A stretch of 64,000 nt of DNA, from NCBI GenBank assembly GCA_963706125.1, contig CAVPLQ010000004.1:841056-905055 (forward strand), read 5' to 3'. Below the pieces are notes generated by a model that saw only the letters and a program-made list of their open reading frames with translations, did no database searches and was not told where the DNA came from. The position numbers were made by a program, and so were the translations under genes. Each line of letters starts with the position of its first letter. Position 1 is the stretch's first letter. Positions 36,579 through 46,812 of the stretch are shown here, piece after piece. The stretch is from an uncultured Flavobacteriales bacterium. Its GTDB lineage: Bacteria > Bacteroidota > Bacteroidia > Flavobacteriales_F > PHOS-HE28.

Positions 36579-37863
36579 TCACCCTCGCCGGTCCACCACA
36601 GCAGCCTTCTTCCTCCCCGCACCTTGCAATCCGGCCATCACTTCCGCATCCACGAACTCCAACCTGGGCACCACGCGCAACGTGGACCGGATGTGCTCCT
36701 TCAACTTGTCCACCAGGGCATCGCTGCGGTGGGCGCAGAGGATGTTCACCACGACCTCGTCGTGGCCGAGCTCATCGCGGTCGATGATCACCACGGAGGC
36801 TTCCACTGCGGTGAAGCTGGCCAGCAGATCGTTCAGCACGGGCGGGTAGAGCGTGGTGCCTTTGTACTTCACCATGTGCTGTTTGCGCCCGAGCACGGGG
36901 CCTAAGCGCATGGTGGTACGTCCGCAGGCGCAGGCTACGTGATGGGCTTCTACGATGTCGCCTGTGCGGAAGCGGATCAGCGGCATCGCCTCCACGCCTA
37001 ACGGGGTGACAACGAGTTCGCCGGCTTCACCGGGCTTTACGGGTGCGCCGTTCTCGTCCAGTATCTCGGTGATGATCAGTTCAGGGCGAAGGTGGCCGCC
37101 GTGGAATTGATCGCACTCGGTGAAGGCCGTGGCCATTTCGGTGGAAGCGTAGGTGCCGTGCAGGGCGATCGGCCATGCCGTCCTGGATCCTGCGGGCCAA
37201 TGCGTTGGGTGCGAGTTGTTGGTCGCGCACCGGCTCGCCGATGCAGATGATCGACCGCACGGAAGTGGCCTTCGGATCGATGCCGTTCTCCTCTGCGTAT
37301 TGGAGCATCTTCAAGAGGAAGGAAGGCACGGCGACGAGGTGGTCCGGGCGTAAGTGTTGGATGGAGGACCACTGCAATTCCGGTGATCCCGCCCCGGTAC
37401 GGATGATGCCGGCGCCGAGCTTCCGTGCACCCAGGAAATACGCTAAGCCCGCCATGAAGCGGCGGTCCATGGTGGCCATGAGCTGGATCACATCACCGGG
37501 CTTCACTCCTGCACAGGCGAAGGAGAGCGCTTCGTTCCGTGCCAAGCGGTCCAGGTCACCCTCGCTCAAGGCGATGACGACCGGCTCGCCGGTGGTGCCG
37601 GACGTGGCGACAAAGTCGGCCACTTGCGCGCGCGGCACGCACAGGAAGTCCATGTTGCGGTCGCGCAGCTGGTCCTTGTCCGTGCAGGGGATCCGATGCA
37701 GATCTTCCAGTGAACGGATCGATGCCGGATCGATATCGTGTTGCTTGAACAAGTTCTTGTAGAACGGCGAGTGCGCTGCCACATGCGCGATCTGCGCACG
37801 CAAGCCTGCCTCTTGCACATCCTTCACCCGTTGCGGCGAGGCGGTATCCAGTTCAGCGTTCAA
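36579..37863 (-). pseudogene. Phenylacetate-CoA ligase-like (PaaK / coenzyme F390 synthetase family) adenylating enzyme, frameshifted near 37175 (or assembly indel)
   Basis: The N-terminal part (ORF 37081..38025) reads SPFYKNLFKQHDIDPASIRSLEDLHRIPCTDKDQLRD...ATSGTTGEPVVIALSEGD. The C-terminal part (ORF 36579..37136) reads MATAFTECDQFHGGHLRPELIITEILDENGAPVKPGEAGELVVTPLG...IRFRTGD...KYKGTTLYP. The frames join as ...RIQDG/WPIALHGTYASTEMATAF. The proposed TTG start at 37863 overlaps the upstream stop; the start is uncertain. Confidence 0.72.
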
Positions 37864-39539
37864 TGCTTGGCTTTTTTGCGGCTCTTGCGCAGGAGCTTCC
37901 CGATCTGCTCGCGCTTGTGGGTGTACGGTATCGGAAGTTCCAGTGCCTGCGTCAATTGTTCCTCGGCCTTCTGGTATTCGCCGTGGGCATAATGGTACGC
38001 ACCGGAGAGGTAATGCGCTTCCCAAGAGCCGGGGTTCAAGGGCACGATAGCATCCGGGTCCGGCACTTCATTGCCTGAACGGTGCGCCTTCTCCAATTCG
38101 GCACGCTTCACCCGGAACTGTTCGTAATCCGCAAATTCCTTGGTGCGTTCAAAGGGATCGGCGGGGATCGTGAGCGAGTCGATCACGAAGGATCTTATCG
38201 TATCCGTTGCTTGCATGTCCTTGAACACCTCATCGAGGTCGTATGCGATGAGATCGCCGAGCTGGTAGGGCGGTGTGGAGATCCACACCTGGCGGCTTTC
38301 CGGCTTGAAGATGATCGAGTGGTGCGCCAGCAGTTGGTTGATGGCGAGTTCGTTCCCGTTGCCCAAGGGCGCATCTTTCAAGCCTTTTCGTTCCCGCAGG
38401 AAGGCCGCCGCTGCGGTCGGGTCCATGCAGGGCGTTTCGCCGAACAGTTCCTCCAAGCGCTCAAAGCGGTACATGGAATGGCTTTCCTCGATCTGCTGCC
38501 TGTTGCGGCGGTCCTTGGCGTAGGCCTCTCCTTGAAAGTGGTTGGTGCAGACGAGGTGGTCCGCGCCCGGCACGTGGAACACGTCCATTTTCTTCGGCGA
38601 TTTTTCGATCACTACGGCCCGGCCGTCCTTGGCGCTGCCGATCATCAATGACTCGGAAACGAAGACATTGCGCTTCTTCGCGATCGCGACAGCCTCATCG
38701 ATGTTGCTGGCGTACTGCATGATCTCCAAGGCCAGGATGCTGATGGGCGTCTTCGCCTGAAGTGGAATGCTGGACCTCCCGGAGTTCATGGTGACGGTGA
38801 GCCCCTGGTCGTTCATGCCTGATAAAACGCCGATGAAGCCCGGCCAGGAGACCGACATAAAGCGGTGCCCGTGCGCGGGTGCGATGAAGGACACGATGCG
38901 GTTCTCCGCGAAGGCATCACCGGCATAAAAATCGAAGTTGCGCCCGATGATCAGCTCACCGTCACAACTGCTTTCACCCCAAGCGGCGAACGAGCTGCAT
39001 TCCACCAAGGCCATCTGCTGCACGGCATGGCCGATGTCGTGCGCGCCGTGCAGGTAGAGCGCACGCATATAGGCCGGTGCCACATGGTCGTACGTATGCC
39101 CGTCATAGCGTGAAAGTCCTTCGATCTCCGCGAGGTATTCATTGGTGACATGCTTGTACATGTTGCGGTTGAACCAGCCCAGGAACTTGATCAACAGCCG
39201 TTGCTTTCCGGGCTTCGGGACCAGGTCCTTGATCTTGTCAAAAAAGATGTTCTCCTGTTGCCGGTACAGGTCCCCTTCCAAGGCGCCTTGATAGAGACCG
39301 AGTTCCAGTGGATCCCCTTGCAGCCGTAATTCCCACAGACCATGATCGTTGCGGAGCAGGGTTCCCGTACCGCAGCGGCGGATATCACCGGCACTGTCCA
39401 GTACTTGCACCTGCGGGATGCTATCGTTGTAGCCGCTGAGGTCCGGCATGTGGTGCAGCGCCTTTCGCACACCACAGGAGCTTAGAAGCACGGCCAGCAG
39501 ACCAGCTCCGATCAGACCTTTCACCGAACTGCGCATCAC
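37860..39539 (-). CDS. C45-family (acyl-CoA:6-APA acyltransferase-like, Ntn-hydrolase) lipoprotein with a TPR-like C-terminal tail
   Basis: Lipobox LLAVLLSSCG. The core reads ...LVECSSFAAWG...LIIGRNFDFYAGDAFAENRIVSFIAPAHGHRFMSVSWPGFIGVLSGMNDQGLTVTMN. The C-terminal WEAHYLSGAYHYAHGEYQKAEEQLTQAL is TPR-like. Confidence 0.65.
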   Translation of the reverse strand: MMRSSVKGLIGAGLLAVLLSSCGVRKALHHMPDLSGYNDSIPQVQVLDSAGDIRRCGTGTLLRNDHGLWELRLQGDPLELGLYQGALEGDLYRQQENIFFDKIKDLVPKPGKQRLLIKFLGWFNRNMYKHVTNEYLAEIEGLSRYDGHTYDHVAPAYMRALYLHGAHDIGHAVQQMALVECSSFAAWGESSCDGELIIGRNFDFYAGDAFAENRIVSFIAPAHGHRFMSVSWPGFIGVLSGMNDQGLTVTMNSGRSSIPLQAKTPISILALEIMQYASNIDEAVAIAKKRNVFVSESLMIGSAKDGRAVVIEKSPKKMDVFHVPGADHLVCTNHFQGEAYAKDRRNRQQIEESHSMYRFERLEELFGETPCMDPTAAAAFLRERKGLKDAPLGNGNELAINQLLAHHSIIFKPESRQVWISTPPYQLGDLIAYDLDEVFKDMQATDTIRSFVIDSLTIPADPFERTKEFADYEQFRVKRAELEKAHRSGNEVPDPDAIVPLNPGSWEAHYLSGAYHYAHGEYQKAEEQLTQALELPIPYTHKREQIGKLLRKSRKKAKH

Positions 39540-39540
39540 T

Positions 39541-40428
39541 TCAAGGGCGTGCCTCCTTCAGCCATTTATCCGTGCGTTCCTGCGCCCAACGGTTCTTCTT
39601 GTCCAGCCACTTCTGTCCTTGCATCTTGCGCATGATGTTGTCGAAATGGCGCATCACCATGACGTTGTACAGCATCATGGCAGCACGCTTTGGCTTTCGA
39701 GGAAGCGCCCGTAGAGTCAAGGAGAAACCGGCGTCCAAGTACTTGATGTAATGCCAATAGCCACTGGGCATGTAGAGCGCGTCACCATGTTTCATTTGGG
39801 CGTGCTGGCCCCGTGCATGGCGCAATGCCGGGAAGCGGTCGAAGTCGGGAGCGTCCATGTCGATGCTCTCCAGGTTGTGGATTGCGAAGGGCACGCGGTA
39901 GAGGTATTTCGTCTGCTCCGGGCCGAACAGCGTGACGCTCTTGTTGCCCTGGAAGTGGAAGTGCATGCTGTCCGGCAGGTCGATGTCGTAGTGCATGAAC
40001 ACCTTGGATCGGCAGCCACCGAAGAAAAGTGCGGGCAGCCTCTTGAAGAACTTCAGGCCGATGTCCGGGTATTCGAAGTCCTTCAGCATCTCCGGCTTCC
40101 GGTCCAGGATGTTGTAGAAGAAGATGCGCAGGTCTGTGGGCCCGGCCTCCAGGATGTCGATGTATTCCGCCAGCGGCATCTCCGCCACCGGGGCATAGAC
40201 GCTTTGCTTTCCGGTGGCGGGCTTGTTGTTGTACAAGGGCACCACTTGGTCCCCGGCTATTGAACGCATATGGTCCAAGTTCCATTTTTCACGCGCGGGC
40301 CAATCCCATGTGAGGCGCTCGATCAGCACCGGGAGTTGGGGCCGATAAAACTCCTGCACAAAAGCCTCCTTGCTGATGGTCTTCACCCGCGGCACATCGG
40401 TCAGCTGTATCCGGTCCATGTAGATCAC
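39541..40428 (-). CDS. Cupin-like / JmjC-domain protein (putative 2OG-Fe(II) oxygenase fold)
   Basis: The blocks FVQEFYRPQLPVLIERL..., ALFFGGCRSKVFMHYDIDLPDSMHFHFQGNKSVTLF and GDALYMPSGYWHYIKY follow the cupin_8/JmjC pattern. The start overlaps the upstream stop (ATGA). Confidence 0.65.
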   Translation of the reverse strand: MIYMDRIQLTDVPRVKTISKEAFVQEFYRPQLPVLIERLTWDWPAREKWNLDHMRSIAGDQVVPLYNNKPATGKQSVYAPVAEMPLAEYIDILEAGPTDLRIFFYNILDRKPEMLKDFEYPDIGLKFFKRLPALFFGGCRSKVFMHYDIDLPDSMHFHFQGNKSVTLFGPEQTKYLYRVPFAIHNLESIDMDAPDFDRFPALRHARGQHAQMKHGDALYMPSGYWHYIKYLDAGFSLTLRALPRKPKRAAMMLYNVMVMRHFDNIMRKMQGQKWLDKKNRWAQERTDKWLKEARP

Positions 40429-41963
40429 TTATGCTGATCGTGTGGAGCCGCTTGCAGGACCTTCTCCAGGATGCTCCCCTTCCCCAGTATGTCGGAGCAC
40501 GTGAGCATCGCGGAAATGGTAACGCCCAGGATGCCGTGCATATTGGTGCATTGCCCGGTGATGAACAGGTTGGGCACCTTGGTCCGCGAGGAGATGAAGG
40601 AGCGGAGCGGGGTGTTCACGTCCTTCACGTAGCCGTACATGCCCCCGCCGTCGCAATGGATGTAATCGCGATAGGACAACGGGGTGGATGAATGCACTTC
40701 GGCGATGCAGGCGCGCAAGGCAGGGACCCGCTTGTACACCTCTTTAAGCAACCGTTCGGTATGCTCCGCTTTGAATTCCTCATAACTCTGCCCGCGATCG
40801 TTCACGTCGATCACGGTATTGGTGCTGCCCGCCCACGGGGTCATGGCCTCGAATTTCATGTAGGTCATCACCGTCATGCTCTCGGCCCATTCGTCCTTCA
40901 CGGGCTTTTCCCCCATGGAGATCATGAAGCCGCGCGGCCAATCATCCTCGCGGTAATCCTGCCCCTTCCACACGTCATCCAAGGTACGGAAGTGATAGAT
41001 ATTATGGTCCATGTACGGAAGGGAACGGGGCTTCAGCACGATGTAGAGACAAAAGGCGCCGATGGTGGGTTCGATGCCGTTCACCCGTTTCACAAAGGAC
41101 TTTCTGAAGTGCTCCGTCCCGGCCATCGCGATGGTGCGTTTGGGGTCCAGATTGGAAATGAAGACCCCTCCTTCCACCAAGGTGCCATTGCGGCAGCGCG
41201 CGCCCTTGATCCGATCACCGTCGAACTCGAACCGCTCCACCTCGTGGTGCTTGAGGATCTCACCGCCGTGCTTTCGCAGTTCACGCACGAGGAGCTTGGT
41301 GATCTGGCTTCCGCCGCGCACGACCCGATGCGAGCTTTGAATATAGGAGTACACCGAAAGGGCATGGACATAGAACGGTGAACGGTCATGGTCCCCGGCG
41401 TAGAGCAGGTTACTACCGCCCAGCACCGCTCGCAGGACTTTGTCCTCCGTAAGGGAATCGATGTATTCGCGCGCTCCCAGCGTAAGCAGTCCAGGCTCGT
41501 CGGCATACGGCGCGCCGGGCTTCAGTTCATACATCGGGAACTTGGCGCAATACTCCCGCAACTTCGAGCAGTACGTATCTATGGCTTGCCCTTCCTTGGG
41601 GAATTGCTCCTTCAGCACGGCCGCAAAGCGTTCCAAGCCCTGCGCATGCCGGTATCGCCGATCATCCCCATCGAAGGAAAAGACGTCGAAGCCGTCCATG
41701 GCCAGCTGCCTGACCTCCAACTGGTCCATGATGCCCAAGTACTTAAAGTACCGGTGCAGGTTATGGCCCGGTGCCAGCCCGCCGAGATAGTGAACGCCGG
41801 TGTCAAAAATGGTCCGGCTCCGCACGAAGGTCTGCAGGTTGCCGCCGAACTGGTTGTTCTTCTCCAGTACGCACACCGAATGCCCCTCCTTGGCCAAGGT
41901 GATCGCCGTGGCCAAGCCGCCCATACCGCTGCCCACTACCACATATTCGAAATGCTTCTTCAT
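40425..41963 (-). CDS. NAD(P)/FAD-dependent oxidoreductase, phytoene-desaturase-like (CrtI family)
   Basis: Dinucleotide-binding N-terminus MKKHFEYVVVGSGMGGLATAITLAKEGHSVCVLEKNNQFGGN, about 510 aa. ATG 41963 overlaps the stop of the upstream reading frame (ATGA); ATG 41975 is an alternative. Confidence 0.8.
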   Translation of the reverse strand: MKKHFEYVVVGSGMGGLATAITLAKEGHSVCVLEKNNQFGGNLQTFVRSRTIFDTGVHYLGGLAPGHNLHRYFKYLGIMDQLEVRQLAMDGFDVFSFDGDDRRYRHAQGLERFAAVLKEQFPKEGQAIDTYCSKLREYCAKFPMYELKPGAPYADEPGLLTLGAREYIDSLTEDKVLRAVLGGSNLLYAGDHDRSPFYVHALSVYSYIQSSHRVVRGGSQITKLLVRELRKHGGEILKHHEVERFEFDGDRIKGARCRNGTLVEGGVFISNLDPKRTIAMAGTEHFRKSFVKRVNGIEPTIGAFCLYIVLKPRSLPYMDHNIYHFRTLDDVWKGQDYREDDWPRGFMISMGEKPVKDEWAESMTVMTYMKFEAMTPWAGSTNTVIDVNDRGQSYEEFKAEHTERLLKEVYKRVPALRACIAEVHSSTPLSYRDYIHCDGGGMYGYVKDVNTPLRSFISSRTKVPNLFITGQCTNMHGILGVTISAMLTCSDILGKGSILEKVLQAAPHDQHK

Positions 41964-44900
41964 GCGTGCATCCACAAGTTGTCGGGGAAGCGTGCTCGCA
42001 GCGAAGCCAGCTCGTCCGGTGCCAACGTCCCCTCTTCCACCAATATGATATCCGCCTCCTGAAGCAAGGCTTCCTCCTTGCTCAACAGCACCGTGATATG
42101 GTCATGCGTATGGTCGATCACCCCGTTCATCACGACGGCGCGGTCGCCTTCGTGATCGATGAATGTACGCAGCTTCCTATTGGGTCCGTCCAACGCCAAG
42201 CACAGGTCGAGGTGCCCACCCCTCCGGGAAAGGTGGAGCACCGTTGCGCCCAAGGGATCTTGACCATCAGTTCGTGATAGGCTTCGGCCTGCTTTTTCAG
42301 CAGACGCTTCAACGCCCTGAAGCGCGCCGGGGCCCTGTAGCGATATTCATCCAGTACTTCTTTATGGAAGTAGGCCGGGCCTTCCGTGCTTCTGCGCAGT
42401 TGGAGGAATTCCTTCTTGAACGCGATGGAGATCCGCTTGGTGGTGTCCCGGGCGTCCGTGCCGAATTCAGGTGATCCGTATACGATGCGCGGCAGGATGC
42501 TGATGTCGATGCGCCCGTCGCGGATCACGAAGGTGCCCTTGGGAAGCACCTCGGAATTTCCATGGATCAGCACGGGCACGATGTCCATCTTGAACTGGTG
42601 CGCGAGGTAGAACGCGCCTTTGTGGAAGCGGCGCAAGCCCAAATTCCTGGAACGGGTCCCTTCCGGGAACACCATGAGGGAGTACCCTTGCCGCATCTTT
42701 TCCCGCAGGTGCTCCAGGCCGTTCTCAATGCCTCGCGACACCGGATATCCACCGGCCAACTGCACCACCTTGCCGAAGATGGGCGAATCATGCACCCAGT
42801 CGTTCACCAGGAAAATGACCTTGGGATGCAACATGCCCATGGCCAGAATGTCCAAGAAGGACGTGTGGTTGGCCACCATGATGGCGGGGCTATCGAAATT
42901 TTCCCCATGGGGGTTCAACACCTCTTTCCGCACGAAGGGATTGCTATAGAGCACCGACATTTTGAAGGCCGAGATGATGCGGTGGAACCAGCCCATCTTC
43001 ACCTTCTTGCTCACGGGGATGATCGGCAGCAGGAAGGTGGCGAAGAAGGAAAGGAACAGGCCGCCCAAGCCGAAGTAGGTGAAGGACAACACAGAGTGCA
43101 GCAACATCCGCAGGCTGACCGGCCTGCTCTTCGGGCCGCCCACGAGGAGCCTGAACAGCCAGGGCTGCACGATGAAGGACACCAGCATGGCGGTGAGTAT
43201 GCCGATAATGGCCACGGTGGAAATGGAGTGCAAGGCAGGATGCTTCGCGAACACCAGCACCCCCACACCGAGCAGCGTGGTGATGACCGAGAGCACGATG
43301 GAGGTCTTGTGCGTGCTGATATGATCCGTGCCCGTGCTCAGTTGCAGCAATAATCCCCGCGTGATGAAGATGCTGTAGTCGATGCCCATCCCGAAAATGA
43401 AGGTGCAGATGATGATGTTGAAAATGTTCAGGTGCAGCCCGGTCAGGCCCATCAAGCCGATCGTGATCAGCCAAGTGAGCACGATGGGCAATGCCGTCAC
43501 AAGGACGAGGGTCCCGCTGCGGAAGTAGGCGAACAGGATCAGTACCACAACTAAGAGGGAGTACAGCACCAGCTTGTTGAAGTCCGTCTTCAGGTCCTTC
43601 AGGAAGCTCTCCATGGTGTGCTGCCTGTCCAACGTGAGCACATGCGGCATATCCGCGAACCGCGCCCGCACGGCGGCGGTACCGTCACGCTCCACGCGCA
43701 CGATGCTGGCGACGGTCCAGAAGCCGTCCTGCCCGGAAATGAAGTCCCTCGGATCCAAAGCCCCGATGGTGGCCATGGGGTTGCTCACACTGTCCACTTG
43801 GGCATGGTCCAACCGATCGAAAAAGGGCTGGTAAGTGGTCGGCTTCAGGCCGATGGCATTGCCTGATGCGATCAATCCGCGCTCCACGGTATCCTTTCGC
43901 GCCGTGGTCCAAAAGCTGTTCCAACGCTCAATGTGCCGCGCCCGCTCCTGGTCGGAATGCAGTACGGTGGCGATGGAGCTGAAGCCTTTGATCAGCTTCT
44001 TGTCCTGTAGCTCCTGCAGGTCCTTGAACACCCGATCGTTCACCTGCATGGCCTCCTGCAGCCGCGGAGCGAAGGCCACCACGTGGATGGACTGCGTAGC
44101 GAGGTCGGAGATGCTGTCCAGATCATCCTGCGCCTTTTGCTGGTCGGCAGGCATGTAGTTCATCTTCGAGAGGTCGTTGTCGAAACCGACCTTGGAATAG
44201 GTGAAGCAGCTGATCACCAGCAAGGCCAGCAATCCTCCGAGAAACCAGCGGCTGCGGTGAAAGGGGAAGGCGGCGACGCGGTCGAGCAAGGTCTCCTTAA
44301 GGATCGACTTCTTCCCCGGCCGGTACGCCAGCGGGATGAATACGAGGGCGAAGACCGAAGCGGACAGCACGGCCACGGCGCAGAAAACGCCGAGGTCCTG
44401 CAGCGCTTGCGACCGGAGGAAGATCAGGCAGAGGAACGCACACGCCGTGGTGAGACTGCTGACGAGTATCGGGCTGGCCACCTCGCGGTAAACGCCCTGC
44501 ACCGATCCGCGTTCGCGCAGATGGGTAAGGATGTGGAGCGAATAGTCCAGCGTGCAGCCCAAGATCGACCGAGCCGATGCCGAGCGAAATGGCCGAAACG
44601 CTGTCCCGCAGGAAGTAGAGCACGCAAATGCCCAGGAGGCCGCCGAACAACGAGGGTACGAACAGAATGATGCTGACCGAGGCACGCCTGAAGAAGAAGA
44701 GCAACAGCGCGAGCAGCAGCACCACCGCGATGACCATCGAGTTGCGCACATCGGCCTTGATGCGCTCGGCATTGGCTACCGCGATGAGCACGGAGCCGAA
44801 ATATTCCGCAGAGACCTTGCCTTGGTAGTCCTTGTTCAGGCCGGAGTTGATGGCGTACAAGGTGTTGACGAACACGTCGTTCTCCGCCGTGCGGTCGGAG

Positions 44901-45553
44901 CTGATCTTGGGCGTGATGAAGAGCAGCAGGTTCCGGTGGTCCTGGCTCAGCAGATAGCCGTTGTGCAGGGTGAGCGCGTCGCCCACGCCCATGCCCTTGA
45001 GCTTGCTCAATCCTTCGAACGTCAAGCCTAACGGATCCTGCCGGATGATGTCCTTGGCGATCAGTCCCGAAGGCGAGATGAGCGTCCTGAAGTTACGTTC
45101 GTTGATCGCCGCGAGCGAATCATGGCGGATCACCCCTGCGAGCTTTTGATAATCCGCATCGTCCAGGAACTGGGGCAGGTTTTCCTGCACGTAGGCCATG
45201 GTGCGGGCCAGATCGTCGGAACCCACCTGGCCTTGCACGGCCTCTACAAAGGGTTCACAACGAGCGTGCAGACTGTCCAAAAAGCGGTCGGCATATCCGG
45301 TGAGGTCATTCTCATCTCCGTTCCCTTGTAAGGCGATATTCACCACGATCTTGTCCGTGAAACGCACCGTTCGCAGCACGCGCTGCAGGTCCTGATCCGC
45401 GTCCTTTACCGGAATGAGCTTGGTGACATCCTCTTCCAACGGGATGCGTACGGCCAGGTAACCCATGCCCGTGAAGAGGAGCAACAGCACGGCCATGCTC
45501 ATCCAACGGCGCTTGGCCAGGAAGGTGTGCAGGGTGTAAAAGCCGTTCACCAT
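41960..45553 (-). pseudogene. Trifunctional MMPL (RND-superfamily) transporter / lysophospholipid acyltransferase / class-I methyltransferase-like protein, with two frame breaks (about 44566-44575 and about 42245-42261)
   Basis: Three ORF-track pieces are colinear. Piece 44297..45655 reads well from MVNGFYTLHTFLAKRRWMSMAVLLLL (ATG 45553) to ...SVSAISLGIGS. Piece 42130..44772 reads well from SILGCTLDYSLHILTHL through a second MMPL half and a PlsC-type domain (VANHTSFLD ... VFPEGTRSRN) to ...YHELMVKIPW. Piece 41960..42253 gives GATVLHLSRRGGHLDLCLALDGPNRKLRTFIDHEGDRAVV...ADIILVEEG, a methyltransferase-like tail with a degenerate motif I. Confidence 0.75.
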
Positions 45554-45557
45554 CTCT

Positions 45558-46787
45558 TCAAGCTGCGCGCCACTTGAAGACGCGCAAAATGGCGTACGTG
45601 ATAAGACCGGCCAGCACTCCGCAGATCGTGGCCAAGGCGATGCTGCCGACCACATAGACCTTCAGCTTCGGCAGGAGGTTCAGGTGGTTGAAGTCGATAT
45701 GGTCCAGATCAATGGCCATGGAGACCGTGTCGCCGCCCAGCAGGAACTCGCCCAGCCTGATGCTCCCCAAAATAACGACCGGTATCATGGGCGGGATGCT
45801 CACGTTGGACCCCGCGAAAGCCAAAGCGCGATTGAGCCTGAACATTACAGCGGCACCGACAGCGATGAGGGTCTGTAGTCCCCACAACGGGCTGATCCCG
45901 ATGAACACACCGATCCCCAGGGAGAGCGCCTTCTTCGCATCGCTGTCCCGGGGACCGATCAGTTGTTCACGCAGCGAGCGCTTCCACCCCTTCTGTGCGA
46001 AGTAGGCATAGATATCGCGGGGCTTGATGTAGAAGATCATCATCAGCACCAGCACGGTGTTCATCACGCTGATGCGTCCGAAATCCGCTCCGGGCCTGAA
46101 GTGCGACACGCGTTCCTCGATATCGTATTTCACCCTGACGGGAATGTTCCGTACCGTGACCCCGTCCCAAGCGGCACGCACGATCACCTCGATCTCGAAC
46201 TCGAAGCGGGCACTCCAGAACGAGATCCGCTCCAAGGGTCCCAGTGGATAGGCCCGGAATCCGCTCTGGGTGTCCTTCAGCTTGATGCCCGTTTCCACCC
46301 AGTACCAGAAATTGCTGAAGCGGTTGCCAAAACTGCTTTTGCGCGGCACGCTTGTCTGGCCCATGTTCCGCGCCCCGATCAACAGAAGGCCTTCCGGTGA
46401 AGTGTGCTGCTTCATCTCCTCCAAGAAGATGGGAAGGTCCTCGGGATAATGCTGGCCGTCGCTGTCGATGGTGATGGCATACGCGAACCCAAGTTCCCGC
46501 GCCTCCTTGAAACCGGCGCGCAGTGCTGCGCCCTTGCCTTGGTTCTGCGGAAAATGCACCTGCCGGACCTGGGGAAAGTCTTTCAGGATATCTGCCGTGG
46601 CATCCGTGGAACCGTCGTTCACCACGATCACGTCATCGCAGTAGTCCAGCACACCCTGGATCACCCTGCGCAAGGTGCCCGCGTTGTTGTACGTGGGCAT
46701 CAGCACGCAACATCCCAGTTGCTTGAAAGTGGCGAAGTGCTCGGGCAAGGACATGGATGGGGAAGCCGTGCGGATCGGAGCTTCCAT
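45558..46787 (-). CDS. Family-2 glycosyltransferase fused to a DUF2062 membrane domain
   Basis: GT2 N-terminus: CCVLMPTYNNAGTLRRVIQGVLDYCDDVIVVNDGSTDATADIL ... ITIDSDGQHYPED. C-terminal DUF2062-like TM region: LSLGIGVFIGISPLWGLQTLIAVGAAVMFRLNRALAFAGSNVSIPPMIPVV. Start chosen at ATG 46787 (MEAPIRT...), downstream of the upstream stop. Confidence 0.8.
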   Translation of the reverse strand: MEAPIRTASPSMSLPEHFATFKQLGCCVLMPTYNNAGTLRRVIQGVLDYCDDVIVVNDGSTDATADILKDFPQVRQVHFPQNQGKGAALRAGFKEARELGFAYAITIDSDGQHYPEDLPIFLEEMKQHTSPEGLLLIGARNMGQTSVPRKSSFGNRFSNFWYWVETGIKLKDTQSGFRAYPLGPLERISFWSARFEFEIEVIVRAAWDGVTVRNIPVRVKYDIEERVSHFRPGADFGRISVMNTVLVLMMIFYIKPRDIYAYFAQKGWKRSLREQLIGPRDSDAKKALSLGIGVFIGISPLWGLQTLIAVGAAVMFRLNRALAFAGSNVSIPPMIPVVILGSIRLGEFLLGGDTVSMAIDLDHIDFNHLNLLPKLKVYVVGSIALATICGVLAGLITYAILRVFKWRAA

Positions 46788-46812
46788 GATAGCTTGCGAA
46801 AATAGGCGGTGA

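Noticed and set aside
41960-42253. An independent 97-aa gene between the MMPL/acyltransferase ORF and the oxidoreductase.
   Set aside because: It begins at a non-ATG codon inside the upstream ORF. Its sequence resembles the methyltransferase-like C-terminal domain of the known three-domain fusion, so I treat it as the out-of-frame 3-prime part of that gene.
2460-44575. The frameshifts as programmed ribosomal frameshifting.
   Set aside because: I saw no slippery heptamer, homopolymer run or conserved downstream structure at any of the five sites. The affected families are not known to use recoding.
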